Origin: Mayamaea pseudoterrestris
Lineage: Eukaryota
Assembly (NCBI GenBank): GCA_027923505.1
Contig: BROI01000017.1
Coordinates: forward strand, 310,001 to 374,000
Length of the DNA stretch: 64,000 nucleotides
Direction of reading: 5' to 3'
Part shown: positions 1-12,181 of the stretch, piece after piece
Numbering within the stretch: position 1 is the first letter of the stretch
Layout of the letters: each line of letters starts with the position of its first letter
Notes under the pieces: model-generated
Database searches by the model: none
The model's input: only the letters and a program-made list of their open reading frames with translations
Told to the model about the DNA's origin: nothing
Program-made: the position numbers and the translations under genes

Positions 1-1080
1 CCATCCCGGGTAACCATCATGAGCATATTCTCCGCGTCACACGCTAAATTGGCAATTACCCAGAGAGCTGAGAGTCGAGCTTGCCAGGGAACGGCCGAAT
101 ATGGTGACTGGCATAGTCGCATCAAGATTGGTAGACACTTGGGAAAGTTTGCTAGCGTCTTGATGGCATCGCCCACACGTGCATAGTGGCCAAGCAGTTT
201 TGTTGCGTACTGCAGAAACAAGGAAGCGTCATGCGACGCATCGTACTCATTATGCTGATTGTTGTCATTTGCACCATGATGAACATAGCCTACGTATTCC
301 TTACCATCCTGACAATTTGCAAGGCGTCGATCCATTTCTCGCTCGACGGCATCAATCAGGAGACTCAAAGTAATGCTTCCCATGCGCAAAAAGCTGGCGC
401 GGACCATGCTACTTGAGCTTCGATGCACTAGTTCCATGGCTTGGGCAGTTAGTGCCAACTCCGTCGTGATTATTGCTTCATGCTTGTTAGTACCGCTACT
501 GACACGCGTTGTTTCCGTTTGACTGGCAACACGCAGTAAAAAGACAAAGTGTTTCAACAATGCCGCGTCTGCTCCAGCGGCCATTTCCTGATTGTGATGC
601 GATTCATCATCGTTGCTTTCAAAGGTTTCGACTGCTCGTTGAATGGCCTCGAGTCGCTCCGATCGTGTCACGCAAGTGGCGAGTGCTGCAGAATGCAAAT
701 GAACATTGCAAGTAGGAAATGGAGACTGAGCAGGCAATTTATGCAAGCGTCATCACAATGTATCTCACTTGGAATACCTAATCCTACGTACCATCCACGA
801 CTTGCTTTGGCGTCCATTTTGACGGTGATGCTTGGAGTCGCATTCGCTTGTGCTGAGGCAGACTTGATGCATCTTCATCGTGCTGATGCTGCTGATGGAA
901 CAAGGTAAAATCAACGCTCTTTTTGCGTCGAGGTGGCCCGGATTCATTCGTGATTGGAGTCGCTTGGTGGCTATTATGATTCATGGTGCTCCTTTCAAAG
1001 CTGCTCGTCGAAATGCGATAGTCATCGTCATCCGATGCGGACAGCATGGCATTGGCCATGGTTAACAGGCTGGCGGCCAT
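1..1080 (-). CDS. ARM/HEAT-repeat-like helical protein, 3'-partial (runs off the left window edge)
   Basis: Exon 1 is 1080-792, followed by a GTACGT...CAG intron at 791-686. Exon 2 is open to position 1 and translates as ALATCVTRSERLEAIQRAVETF...ARLSALWVIANLACDAENMLMMV. The LWVIANLA motif is armadillo-like. Exon 2 is not in the ORF track. Confidence 0.7.
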
Positions 1081-1643
1081 GCAAAACTACTATGATACTT
1101 GACCGCAGCCTGACTTTTGTCGTTCGAGTTTAATGTCAATGCCCTTTATGAATGAGGCTGCTGACCTTGTCCGCCTTTCCCTCACGCATTGGAGAGTGGC
1201 TTCACCATGATGGATCGCTGTCACGTTGACACCGAATCTTCGCGTTCGCACCGCGGAGCCACGAAACGTCCCTGTGTCACATCAGGACCAATGTAAGTGC
1301 GAGTTTTAGTTAAGCCTGTTTTGCACTATTGCCTACTTATGAGTTTTCATCTGTTGCCCATTCGTGAGTGTTCATCGTGGCCTGTTTTATACTATTGCCT
1401 GCGTTTGGCTTTCATTGTCGGTGCCGACGCGCGGAAGTCGGACGTTGGTGCGCCGCGCGCCATGGCCAATGAGCCAACGAAACAAAGATTGCAGCAGCCA
1501 TCGAACGAAAGGTCCTCATCTCGTTACGCTACAATTGTATCACTGTAAACGTTATTTCCTTTCGCGAGCGCAGTCGGTAACAGGGACTGCGATTGTTGAA
1601 GCAAGTTTCTACCTCCATCCGCTGCAAGTCCTTCGTCATTGCA

Positions 1644-4600
1644 ATGACAAGTTTGATGCAAATGCAAGCAACCGCCACAGGGGAAGCGCAGTCTTTGCAT
1701 CCTGGCGAGGATGACCAAAGCAAGGAGCAGCGAGAGACTATCGAATCGAAATATGCCGCTAATGATGAAGATTCCGGTGAAGATGACGATGATGACGATG
1801 AAGTCATAGTCTTGAATGAAGGAGGAGGCAAGCTGGAGAATGACTCGACTCCACGCCGCTCTAGCCGCAAGCGAACATCGACAGTCATCCACGTCAAAGG
1901 CGGTCATGCCATCAAGAAGGAGAATAACTATGTTCTCAAGGGACATTCGTACGTTTTTGGAGTCCGCGATGAGGAGCAAGTTGCACCGAAACAGCGAGCC
2001 CCCAAGAAGGCGCGTCAAACGAACGGAGCAGCAGCGCCTGCGAAACCAAAGTCAAACCATGAGCAGCGTCGCATGCAATTCAAGGAAGAGATCAAGCAAG
2101 CAATTGCCGCCAAGAAGGATTTGCGACTTGCTTTTTTGAAAAAGCACTTGCCGTCGTTTGTTCCATTTATTGACCCCAAGGTTGCTGCGGGCATTAGAGA
2201 CACCCCGATGCCCGCACAAGCCGCGACCAGGGAGCTGCAAGTTTTAATGCAACCGGATGCTATTAAAGCTGAATTACGCGACTACCAAATGGAGGGATTG
2301 CAGTTCATGGCTCGCATGTATGCTTGCAATATGGGAATGATCCTCGGAGATGAAATGGTAAGTCAAATTTTCCTTGATGACGCTGTGCAGTTGTGCGAGG
2401 CTGTCGTCGCTATAGAGCCGAGCTGGGTCCATTATTCCAAGTCGCTTGCTTGATGCTGCTGCTGATGACGATGATGATGATGACAATTGCGCTCTTCCTC
2501 TGATCGAAATTGTTAATTTTTGCCCATTTGCATAGGGACTAGGAAAGACGATTCAAACTATTAGCTTGATTTGCTATTTAAAGGAACATCACGGTCTCAC
2601 GGGCCCAAATCTTATCATCTGCCCAATGAGCGTCCTTTATTCATGGTGCTCGGAGATTAAAAAATGGAGTCCCTCGTTGAAATACCTTCGCTTCCACAGC
2701 TCGTCCACCACGGATGCCTCGATTCATAATGAAGATTTAATGAAGTACGACATGATTGTCACCACCTACGAAATGGCCAAGGCTCCGAAGCTTGCTCATT
2801 TTTGGCAGCGTCACACATTTCGCCTGCTCGTTCTAGACGAAGGTCATAGAATTAAAAGTACAGAGACGCAAACAACTCAAGCCATTTGTAAAATTCACGC
2901 GGAGAATCGTCTCATTCTCACGGGGACGCCGTTAAGTAATACGTTGACGGAGCTATACAGCCTTCTCCACTTTCTGGCGGGCGATGTGTTTACAACCAGC
3001 GAACCTTTTGATGATGCGTTTGATCTGACTCTGAACAAGGTTGACGACAAGAGACTCAGTCAAGCCCACATCATGCTGTCCACTTTAATGCTCCAACGCA
3101 GAAAGGAAAAGGTGGAGAAGCTTATTCCGACAAATTTGGAAACCAAGGTGATTTGCCCCTTGTCGACGATTCAAATTTGGTGGTACAAGGCAATTTTGCT
3201 CAAGGACATAGCTTTACTATCCAATGGCGGCGCTGGAAAGGGCAAGCTTCTCAGTAACTTGATTATGCAGTTGCGAAAATGCTGCTTGCATCCCTTTTTA
3301 TTCGACGGAGCTGAAGACATTGGAGCAACGACACTCGAATTACTCATTGGCGCATCAGGAAAGCTAGCAGTGTTGGACAAATTACTTTGCAGCCTCTACC
3401 GCAAGAAGCACCGCGTTTGCCTTTTCTCGCAGTTCACGCGAGTGTTGGACATTTTGGAAGACTACTGTATTGGCCGCGGTTGGAAGTTTGTCCGATTCGA
3501 TGGGTCGACTGCACGAGCCAAGCGAAACTTCGTCGTTAACTCTTTTAATGCGCCCAACAGCGACAAATTTCTGTTTTTAATGTCCACGCGAGGTACGCTA
3601 AAAGTGTCACTCGGTTCTTGTTGCTACAAACGTCTTCTCACAAATCAGTTGCTTCTATGTTGCTCAACTTAGCTGGTGGCATGGGCCTGAATTTGCAGAC
3701 GGCAGACACTTGCATTCTCTACGACTCGGACTGGAACCCTAGTGCTGACAAGCAAGCCATGGCAAGAGTTTGCCGGATTGGACAGACGAAGAAGGTCCAT
3801 ACGTATCGCCTCGTGACGGAAGGAACAGTCGAAGAGCGCATGATTGAGCGAGCAGAAAAGAAACTATACCTTGACCGCATGGTGACACGCGATGGATCAG
3901 AGCTCGCCCTTGACGACGCGGAAGGAGAGGATGTGCTGGACGAAGGAGTTCTCATGGCAACACTAAAATTTGGCTGCAGTGCCGTTTTTGGGCAAGGAAG
4001 CATGAAGGGCAACAGACTTCCATTCGACGACGACATTGAACTCATAACTGATCGTAGTCGGACTGACGATTTTTCGCAGGGCAACCTCCGAGGCGGCACT
4101 CTTGCGACTGCCAAGGATTTTGACGCCACTAAGATGTTTAGTTCAACAACAGATTTTGCCGGAATTGATTTTGCAGCGATTCGGAAGCAGTATGAGAAAC
4201 AGAAGCGCCCTGGAACGATCAACGACATTGGCGAAATATGGAAGAAGAAGCGCGAAGTGAAGCAACGAATCCAAATGGTCGAATCAAAAGGTTCTGGATA
4301 CGGCTCTGCATTCGTTCCCGTTTTGAAATCAAATGACTATGATCTTGAATCAGGCGAGCCTTCCGTATTCCAAAACGAGCTCAAAGGTCGTCGCGAACTG
4401 ACACAACAGAAGAAGAAGGTTCACATTGAACATCAAGACTTTTGCCAAGTATGCACAGACGGAGGTAGTCTGATTGAATGTCCTCGCTGCCCCTGCTGTG
4501 TCCACCTAGAATGTTCCGGTGTCGACAGCGCCAAGAACTTTCTATGTTGCTCGCATCACCGTTGCGAGGTCTGCGAAAAACCAGCACATGCAGCGGGTGG

Positions 4601-6026
4601 CTTTATCTTCCCATGCTCGGCGTGTCCAAAGGCCTTTTGTGAAGACCATTTGCCGAAAGAAGCGACGTTTCTGGAACCGTGTGATCGAATGGAAGCCCTT
4701 GATTTTACAATCAAAAATGGCGTATATATTCACTGCTCCAGCGGATGTGAAACGCTTGCCATCAAGGAATTTGGTTTCAAGCCAGCTCAAGAGAAAGAAC
4801 GCAATCCCTGCCCCGAGAAGCTGGATGTAGCGTCGCATTTTGGTGGTGAAGTGGACGACTCTCTAGAAGCTCCCGAAGACCTCGTCGTTCATCATAAGCG
4901 TGATCGCAAACAGGTTCGACCTACGACAAATGAAGGCACCCGTGCGGCCATGAGTATGGTCACCATTGAAAGTCCCGACACGAGCGGTGACAGCGACGAT
5001 GACTTTGTTATGGAATTGGGCCATACTAGCCCACACCGGGGCCAGCGGCAGAAACCAAATTCAAAATGGACAAATGCGGTCGCTGTCCCAAGTGCGTCAG
5101 TCCACGTCCTCGTCGACGGCATAACGGCTCCTCTTCCAGGCCGTGCAAAGCAACCTTCTATTCGAGATGGTAACACGCAATCCAGTCTGTTGTCTGGCGA
5201 ATATGATGTGTTCCTTCCTGTAATTGACAAGAGATTTGGTTTGCGTATTGTCGAACAAGGCCAGAACGTGGTATTTGCCTCTTACGCAAAAACGTCGAAA
5301 GGAACTGCATGCTTTGCTGAGCGCAGTAAGCTCATCCGAAACTCTGGCGACGTATTAGTAAAGGTCGGCGACGAAAGTACAGAGGGCAAATCGTTCCAAG
5401 AGGTCAAGCAAATGATCGCAACCTGCATCAGCGCCAATGTAACGCCTCTTGCTTTGCGTTTCTTTGACATTAAAACTCTGCGTTATCAGTCTCAACCGTT
5501 TCGAGGAGTGGTCAATGAATCACTTGTTGCCGGGCACTCGATAGCTCACAAACCTGAATCGAAGGCGCCCGCCAACAAGTTGCCTTCAACATCGAATAAT
5601 CCTCATCCCCTTCAGTACACAGCAAAAATTCCTCCTGTCAATGGCAAGCTCTTCATAATTATTGTAAAGGGTTCTCATGGTGGATCATGCTTTTCTGGTT
5701 ATGAACGCCATTCGGACGGATCCAGGGGATTTGCTGAACTGCATGGTCTCATTCGCAACGTCGGTGATCGAATTATCGCCATTGATGGCTCGCCTATGAT
5801 GCATATGCAGCACAAGACCATTGCATGCGTTCTTCAAGAGCGGGCCAAGACTGGACGTCCAGTCACGTTGCTGCTTGAACAAACTACTGAATGTCAAAAC
5901 CAGTCTGCCCCTTACACCGCTGACTCGCACGTGTCATCGGCTGTAGGTGGCCTGATGCAGTCAATTCCATCGGACGACAACGCTCAATTAAGTACTAAAG
6001 CTTGCGCCGTCACCGGAACAATCTAA
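1644..6026 (+). CDS. SNF2-family (ISWI/CHD-like) chromatin remodelling ATPase with PHD-type zinc fingers and two C-terminal PDZ-like domains
   Basis: Introns at 2358-2535 and 3593-3672 (GT..AG) restore DEM|GLGKT and STR|AGGMGLNL. Helicase motifs are present: DEGH, TGTP, QLRKCCLHP, FSQF, DSDWNP, QAMARVCRIGQ. Cys/His clusters CQVC..CPRCPCCVHLEC and CEVC..CSACPKAFCEDH follow. Confidence 0.9.
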
Positions 6027-6328
6027 GCAGAAGGTTTCTGATGCTTGTCGTCCCGAAAGTGGTAGTCAACGTTCCTGTAAACCGATGTTTGCTTGTTGCT
6101 TCAAGCGCTATATCTCTTTGTCCGTAGTATACCTGTACGACGATGAATAAACTACCACCATACAAGTAGGATACCTCAGTGTACCACAACTATTAGAGTA
6201 GTGTACCTGTATCGCTACTGCATCGGTAGCTATCGGAAAGGTCTTGCACGGGACCCAGCATTCCCGTCTTTTCATTCACGATGAGCCAAGGAAACGGAGG
6301 GTGAATCACTCGAACAAGCCATTCGACC

Positions 6329-7948
6329 ATGACGACCAAATCAAGGTGCCCTTGCCTAATCTTTCCACTCTTCCTTTGCATCCGCTCTTCATTAAGCATG
6401 ACAGTGACATCACCTGCTTTTTACAAGCTAGTCCAAGCACTAAAATGTCACAAGAAAACCTTGACAGTGGTCGAGCAATGCTGCGGAGGTTTGATCTCGT
6501 CGAGCATCTTGGCACAACCTGGTGCATCGGCAGTCTACTATGGAGGTTCCGTGAGCTACAATACAAAACATAGCAAACCATTGCTGCTAAACGATGAAGA
6601 ATTGTATCAGTCAGTATCAAAAAGGCCTCCAAACGATACTGGTTGCAGTGAAGCCGAGCAGTACATTCAGTCGAAACTCTCATGGACGGCAGCAACTTCA
6701 GTTGCCTTTTGTAAAGCTTTGAATACGGACTTTGCAATTGCTGAAGGAGGAGCATCTGGGCCAACCTTTCGACCTAATGATATGGATAAGGGATTTGCCG
6801 TTGTTTGCGTCGCTGGCAAAGGGGCTGACGGAAAGGTGTCGGTTCTGAAACAGGAGGTGATTCACAGCGAGACGAACGACCGAGAGCCTAACATGCGACT
6901 TTTTGCAGATCAAGCGGCGGAAATTGCAACATCCGTCATCACTACAGTGAAAGAAAGCAGTTTAAATGCTCAAGACCCTACGAAGGCATCAAAACCGCTC
7001 GGTTTGGATCGAGCAGTGCATTTACGTTCCGACGCCAGTGCCTTGACAGAGATGAGACCTAGTGCGAGGTTCGTCCTTTTGCAGGGAGCTAAAGTGCTGC
7101 TGCAAGAAACTATCAAGCCAGCTCTACTCGACTTTCCTACTGTCCAGAAAGTTGTCCTAGATCAGCAGCAACTAACCTTCCTGGGTATCATGACGAACGA
7201 TCGAACGCCGATGTTTGCCGTCGACCTTGACGAGAATTCAGACGTTTCCCAGCTTCCTACCGGCACCCGTTTTGCCGACACTCGAACGACCGCTCCTTTG
7301 TTTACGTCGCTACACAATGAACTTGTGTTACACGCCACTGCTCTCTCACAATGGCAGCGACGTACCAAGTTTTGCACCGCATGCGGAGGATCCACCCGCT
7401 TGATTGACGGCGGCACAGCCTGCCAATGCACCCAATGCAGCACCAAGTCGTGGCCCCGACAGGATCCTAGCATGATTGTCCTCATATCCTCGCGTGATGG
7501 ACAGCGCGTTCTTCTCGCCAAGTCTCCCAGACATCCCGATAAGATGTATACCGTTCTTGCTGGATTTGTCGAAGCCGGTGAAGCGTTTGAAGCGACAGTT
7601 GTTCGAGAAACGTTTGAAGAGACTGGCGTGATTGTGGACGAGGGGAGTATGCAGTATTGTGGGAGTCAGCCGTGGCCCTTTCCGCAAAGCTGCATGATCG
7701 GATTCATTGCCACGGCCGATGACACGACACCGCTCAACATTGATACGGCGGAGCTTGTCGACGCCAAGTGGTTCAGTCGCAGTGACGTGGAAAGGGCGGC
7801 GACTGTTCCCGGCGCCACCATGCAAAAGGAAGTTGCCGAGGCGGCCTTGAAAAATGACCCATCAATTCCACTGCTCATCCCTCCCAAAAATGTGATTGCT
7901 CGTAAGCTTATTGATCGATGGCTTGATCAGGGTATTAATACACGTTGA
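6329..7948 (+). CDS. nudC: Fusion of a CinA/PncC-like (NMN amidohydrolase fold) domain and a NudC-type NAD(H) pyrophosphatase
   Basis: The N-terminal part TLTVVEQCCGGLISSSILAQPGASAVYYGGSVSY is CinA-C-like. The C-terminal part has a Zn ribbon (FCTACG..CQCTQC), a Nudix box (GFVEAGEAFEATVVRETFEETGV) and the NudC signature SQPWPFPQS. Single ORF. Confidence 0.88.
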   Translation: MTTKSRCPCLIFPLFLCIRSSLSMTVTSPAFYKLVQALKCHKKTLTVVEQCCGGLISSSILAQPGASAVYYGGSVSYNTKHSKPLLLNDEELYQSVSKRPPNDTGCSEAEQYIQSKLSWTAATSVAFCKALNTDFAIAEGGASGPTFRPNDMDKGFAVVCVAGKGADGKVSVLKQEVIHSETNDREPNMRLFADQAAEIATSVITTVKESSLNAQDPTKASKPLGLDRAVHLRSDASALTEMRPSARFVLLQGAKVLLQETIKPALLDFPTVQKVVLDQQQLTFLGIMTNDRTPMFAVDLDENSDVSQLPTGTRFADTRTTAPLFTSLHNELVLHATALSQWQRRTKFCTACGGSTRLIDGGTACQCTQCSTKSWPRQDPSMIVLISSRDGQRVLLAKSPRHPDKMYTVLAGFVEAGEAFEATVVRETFEETGVIVDEGSMQYCGSQPWPFPQSCMIGFIATADDTTPLNIDTAELVDAKWFSRSDVERAATVPGATMQKEVAEAALKNDPSIPLLIPPKNVIARKLIDRWLDQGINTR

Positions 7949-8237
7949 TAGAATGGCTTGATGAAGGCACTGAAGCGTACTTGTAGCAACTACATACATG
8001 TGTGTCTCGCGCCATAGCTACGTACTGGTGCCAAAGATGTCGAGTCGCAATGGTATTGCGTGACGGGCCTGCCGATGTGGAGCTCACAATTTCGCGGGCC
8101 GTCACCTCTCATCGCTCATCAGGAACCTCGTCGAAGGCCCGCCATTACGATCGGCATTCTTACAAACGACCACAAACATACTGGCAAATTCATTGAGAAA
8201 GTAGTGGAAGCCAGTGAAGAAACCTACATTGACATAA

Positions 8238-8855
8238 ATGGTTTTAATTCACACCCCACGAACCTTAGTCGCCATTGGCAAGGGCTTGATGCGCAAAGGT
8301 GCATCAGATGCCCAGAGGATCGGCCTCGGCGATTGTCCCCACGTTTACACATCGCGGGTTGGTTTATTAGATCTGGACTACATGGGCCATATGAATAACG
8401 CTGCCTATCTAAGTCACGCAGAGCTGGCGCGATGGCAGATGACGACGGAAAGCGGCATGCTGCACAAGGGCTACAAAAAGAATTGCTTCTTTGTCGTTAC
8501 GGCGAGCACTGTTCGGTATCGAAAAGAAATCCGTTATGGAAAATTCAATATTGAGACTCGCTTCATGGGCTTTGACGACAAGAGCATGTGGGGGATTCAC
8601 AACTTTTACGTTCCGAACAAGAAGGACCAAGCCGCATCTCGTCGCGTGCGTGCACAAGTCTTGGTGAAAGCTGCCGTTTTGCGAGAGAATAAGCTTATTA
8701 GTCCCAAGGAGTTTTACACAGGTATTTTGGAGCTGGAAGATGACATTATTAAGCAACAAGAATCTTTCTACGGCGACGAATCCTTTCAAGAAATGGTACG
8801 CAACTACACTGCACTGGAGGAGTCGATGCGAACGGCAGCAGCCCTTGAGGAGTAG
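8238..8855 (+). CDS. Hotdog-fold thioesterase (4HBT/YbgC/THEM6-like)
   Basis: Motif DLDYMGHMNNAAYL and a downstream VRYRKEI strand. Confidence 0.8.
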   Translation: MVLIHTPRTLVAIGKGLMRKGASDAQRIGLGDCPHVYTSRVGLLDLDYMGHMNNAAYLSHAELARWQMTTESGMLHKGYKKNCFFVVTASTVRYRKEIRYGKFNIETRFMGFDDKSMWGIHNFYVPNKKDQAASRRVRAQVLVKAAVLRENKLISPKEFYTGILELEDDIIKQQESFYGDESFQEMVRNYTALEESMRTAAALEE

Positions 8856-9392
8856 TGATTACACACGCACAACACCATGTCATTTTTATAAAAGCGCGTA
8901 GATTTCATAAATTGCTCAATGTCAGAAAAGTTATCCTGTAGGAATACGTAGTTTCGAAAGACCTTGACATTTTGCTTATAAGACTTCAACTTTTGATCCA
9001 TTTCCCATGTGTGCAGCTGTCGATCATACGACTGCCAAAACTCACTGGCTCTTCGCAATATGTCGCCCATACTAGCGCTAACACATCAATCACCTATTGA
9101 CTAACAGAAATCAATCAGTGACACAAGCGCACTCAGCAGTCGCGTCGCTCTTTTTCACCAACGCGCAAAGCGCGAGCAGTGCAACAAAGCTTCTACATAA
9201 TCTAAAGACAAAATAACAAAAGAAAGATGTTGGCGCAGACTGGTCCTGCGGGAAAGACGTCGCCCTGCGACACCCTCTCACTGCGTCTCAGGATTGCTCG
9301 CGCACCTCCCTCCGATTCACCACCGCCCGTCTATTTATACATAACTAAAAACTCAAAGATACACTGACATTTCATACCAATCGAGCAGAGTC

Positions 9393-11531
9393 ATGTCGCG
9401 TCTCCTCGCCTCTCTCGACCATTCTCCAAGCTCACTCACGATCATGGCGTCTCCTCGCTCCGTCTCGACTATAAAAAGGCCCGAACATGAACAAGATAGT
9501 CTGTATGGCGGGATATCTTCTCATTACGACGTGATTCTATGTGGAACATCACTGACAAACTCCATTCTCGCGTCCGCTCTGGCGCGCGCCGGCTACAGCG
9601 TGCTTCACTGCGATGGCGCTGACTACTACGGAGAGCTTGATGCCGTTTGGACCTTGCCATATATTGTTCAAGAGTATGAAAAGATGCAAGCAGCACGAGA
9701 AAGCGACGAAAAGAGTTTAGATAAAGCAGTCGAAGCTGCAGAGAATTCTGCTTCCGCTGCCGATTCATCTACAAGTAGGAGTATCAAGCTCTCGCCTCTA
9801 GGCGCCACGAAGAGTGTGACTATCAAGTCTTTGACGAGACGAACAGAGCCAGAGCAATACCCGTTCCATGCAGGAATTCCAATTGTGACGCCTTATGGAG
9901 GAGGAGTCATTGAATCAATCACGCCGCAATTTACAGGGGCGACAAGCATTATAATCAAGCTTGACAAATGGAGTGCGAGGTTGCATCTCTCGGTGCCTAT
10001 ACAATATGACAGCACTGACGAAGAGTTGATTAAAAAGCTCGCCAAGTATGTGTATGACCAACACGGTGTCTTGCATGCAACGTGTAAGGTAGCACGTCTG
10101 CTTCTACACGACCATTCGCGTGCATTTGCATTGGACGTTACACCAGGCCTTGTCTTTTGCAGCGGACCAGCCGTCCAAGGCCTCCTGGCCAGTGGCGTTT
10201 CCGAATATCTAGAGTTTAAAACCATTCAAGGCATGTTGTTTGGCAAAGAGCTGGCGGCAGTTCCCTGCAACAAGAGCGAAGTCTTTGCCAGCAAGCTGCT
10301 CAAGGCTATGGACAAGCGACGCTTAATGTGGTTTCTACAGCTCGCCATGGACTATGCAATTGCACAAGAAGTACTTCAAGAAGCTGATGCGATGGTAGAC
10401 GAGTCAAATGCATCGGACGCGACAGCTGTTGAGTCTTTGAATGAGCGCCATTTGAATCAGGGTCGGGCGCTCCGACGTCCACAGAATAAGCCAGTCGCCA
10501 GTGACGATTTACAAGCTTTGGAACGATCCATGAAAAGCGGCATGTCATTTCGAGACTATCTGAAGGGTCAAAAACTGTCTGAGTCGCTTATTGAACTGAT
10601 TCGCTACGCCATGGCGTTAGAAAATTGCACCGACGGCGAGAATGAGACTAGTCTGTCTGATGCGATGCGTAGCTTGGGTCGGCATCTTATTGCTTTAGGA
10701 CGATTCGGTACTACTGCTTTCCTCGCCACGTTGTATGGAAGTGGAGAGCTGCCGCAAGCATTTTGCAGATCCGCTGCTGTGTTTGGTGCGACGTATATGC
10801 TACGGACAGCAATTCATTCTATTGGCTGGAACGATTACGTCGACAATGCACGGAACATTTCTGTCACTGCTGAGACGCGCGATGATCTTACTACACGAAA
10901 CTTCACCTGCGCCCACGTTGTCGCGCCTCGGCAAGCACTGAATGGTGTCAACTCCACCCATCGCGTATGGCGGCGAATAAGTGTCCTCTCAGGCAAACCA
11001 ATTCCGGACGGCCAGCAACGACACGTTATCATACTACCGCCCAACACGGTTGCTGGTTACTCGCAAGTCATTCAAGGTCTTATATTGGACAATGGTGTGA
11101 ATGTTGCACCGCATGCACCGTCGAACTCCCTCCTTCATTTAACAACTATCGCACCTATCGATGATTTCGACGTTGAATTGGTCCTCGAATCAGCAGTGTC
11201 GTGCATTTGTAATGCTTCCTTGACCGATGACTCACTGGAAGAAGTCTTTCAAGTGTCTTTCACCTATGATTTGGGTGGTCCGGCGTCGTCTCAACCTCAT
11301 CCTGGTGTCCATTTGCTGCCCGCTGATGCTCCTAACATTGCGGTCGACCAATCCTTTGACCAAGCTCAATCTATTTTTGAGTCCATTTGCCCCACCATAC
11401 CATTTTTGACAGTGTCGGAGAAGGTGACGCATATTATTGAGGAGCGACTTGGTTCAGCAGCACTTAACGTACCAGACGATAATGAGCAGACCGTTCTGGA
11501 GAGTGCCATGATGATGGCTAGTAGCAAGTGA
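9393..11531 (+). CDS. Rab escort protein (REP / Rab-GDI family; Rab geranylgeranyltransferase component A)
   Basis: Motifs YDVILCGTSLTNSILASALARAGYSVLHCDGADYYG, EYLEFK, VPCNKSEVF and LYGSGELPQAFCRSAAVFGATYML. The start may instead be the second Met (~9444). Confidence 0.88.
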   Translation: MSRLLASLDHSPSSLTIMASPRSVSTIKRPEHEQDSLYGGISSHYDVILCGTSLTNSILASALARAGYSVLHCDGADYYGELDAVWTLPYIVQEYEKMQAARESDEKSLDKAVEAAENSASAADSSTSRSIKLSPLGATKSVTIKSLTRRTEPEQYPFHAGIPIVTPYGGGVIESITPQFTGATSIIIKLDKWSARLHLSVPIQYDSTDEELIKKLAKYVYDQHGVLHATCKVARLLLHDHSRAFALDVTPGLVFCSGPAVQGLLASGVSEYLEFKTIQGMLFGKELAAVPCNKSEVFASKLLKAMDKRRLMWFLQLAMDYAIAQEVLQEADAMVDESNASDATAVESLNERHLNQGRALRRPQNKPVASDDLQALERSMKSGMSFRDYLKGQKLSESLIELIRYAMALENCTDGENETSLSDAMRSLGRHLIALGRFGTTAFLATLYGSGELPQAFCRSAAVFGATYMLRTAIHSIGWNDYVDNARNISVTAETRDDLTTRNFTCAHVVAPRQALNGVNSTHRVWRRISVLSGKPIPDGQQRHVIILPPNTVAGYSQVIQGLILDNGVNVAPHAPSNSLLHLTTIAPIDDFDVELVLESAVSCICNASLTDDSLEEVFQVSFTYDLGGPASSQPHPGVHLLPADAPNIAVDQSFDQAQSIFESICPTIPFLTVSEKVTHIIEERLGSAALNVPDDNEQTVLESAMMMASSK

Positions 11532-12181
11532 CGAGGTGGCCGGTTCATGATGACGTGTTTAGCAGGTTTAATTTTTTTGAGCATCCCTTTGATATCCATT
11601 TTTGCGTGGCCAGCGAACAAGGCCATGATTCGCTTAACTTATAGGGAGTTCAGCAATTAGCAACAATTGGACGCCATAGTTGTATCAATGCTAAATCGCG
11701 AAGCTAAAGTGCATTGCCAACTTGGTCAATCAACCAGTGATGGTGATGATGAAATGACCTACAAGCTTAAGATACGATTATTCCTCTTTTGCCATTCTGA
11801 GTGTTTGCTCATTCTCATAGTTTGATATAATGATGTTAGGCAAACATGGGAGCGTACTCGAGTTTAAGGGAGTACTCCATAGTTTACAGTCTATAATTCG
11901 GTCGTGTTTGTTTATTTGTACATTGAATACTTATCATGAAATGACTCAGATACGCTCATTGATGCCTTACGTCAGCGTTTTAATTTCGATGGCGAGGCCG
12001 TTTGCCAGCGGATACCATCAACCATCAGCCCCACACGATGACGGCCGTTGCCTTCCATCGCTCGTAGCCCCCTGCCTCCTCCCTCCAACCTGCATCCAAC
12101 CCTTTTGTTCTGTGGCAGCGAAGTAAGATTTTGTCTCATCAGTTGCCGCTAGCCTCATCCATTTCGCCATCATTCGCCATC

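Noticed and set aside
2451..2484. (GCT)n/(GAT)n trinucleotide run
   Set aside because: Short microsatellite inside intron 1 of the SNF2 gene, with no evidence of function.
9228..9310. tRNA-like start (TGGCGCAGACTGGT resembles an A box/D arm)
   Set aside because: No GTTCRA T-loop and no acceptor-stem pairing at the expected distance.
11743..11800. Possible C/D box snoRNA (GTGATGA ... CTGA)
   Set aside because: No terminal stem and no rRNA/snRNA-complementary guide that I could recognise; such short boxes occur by chance.
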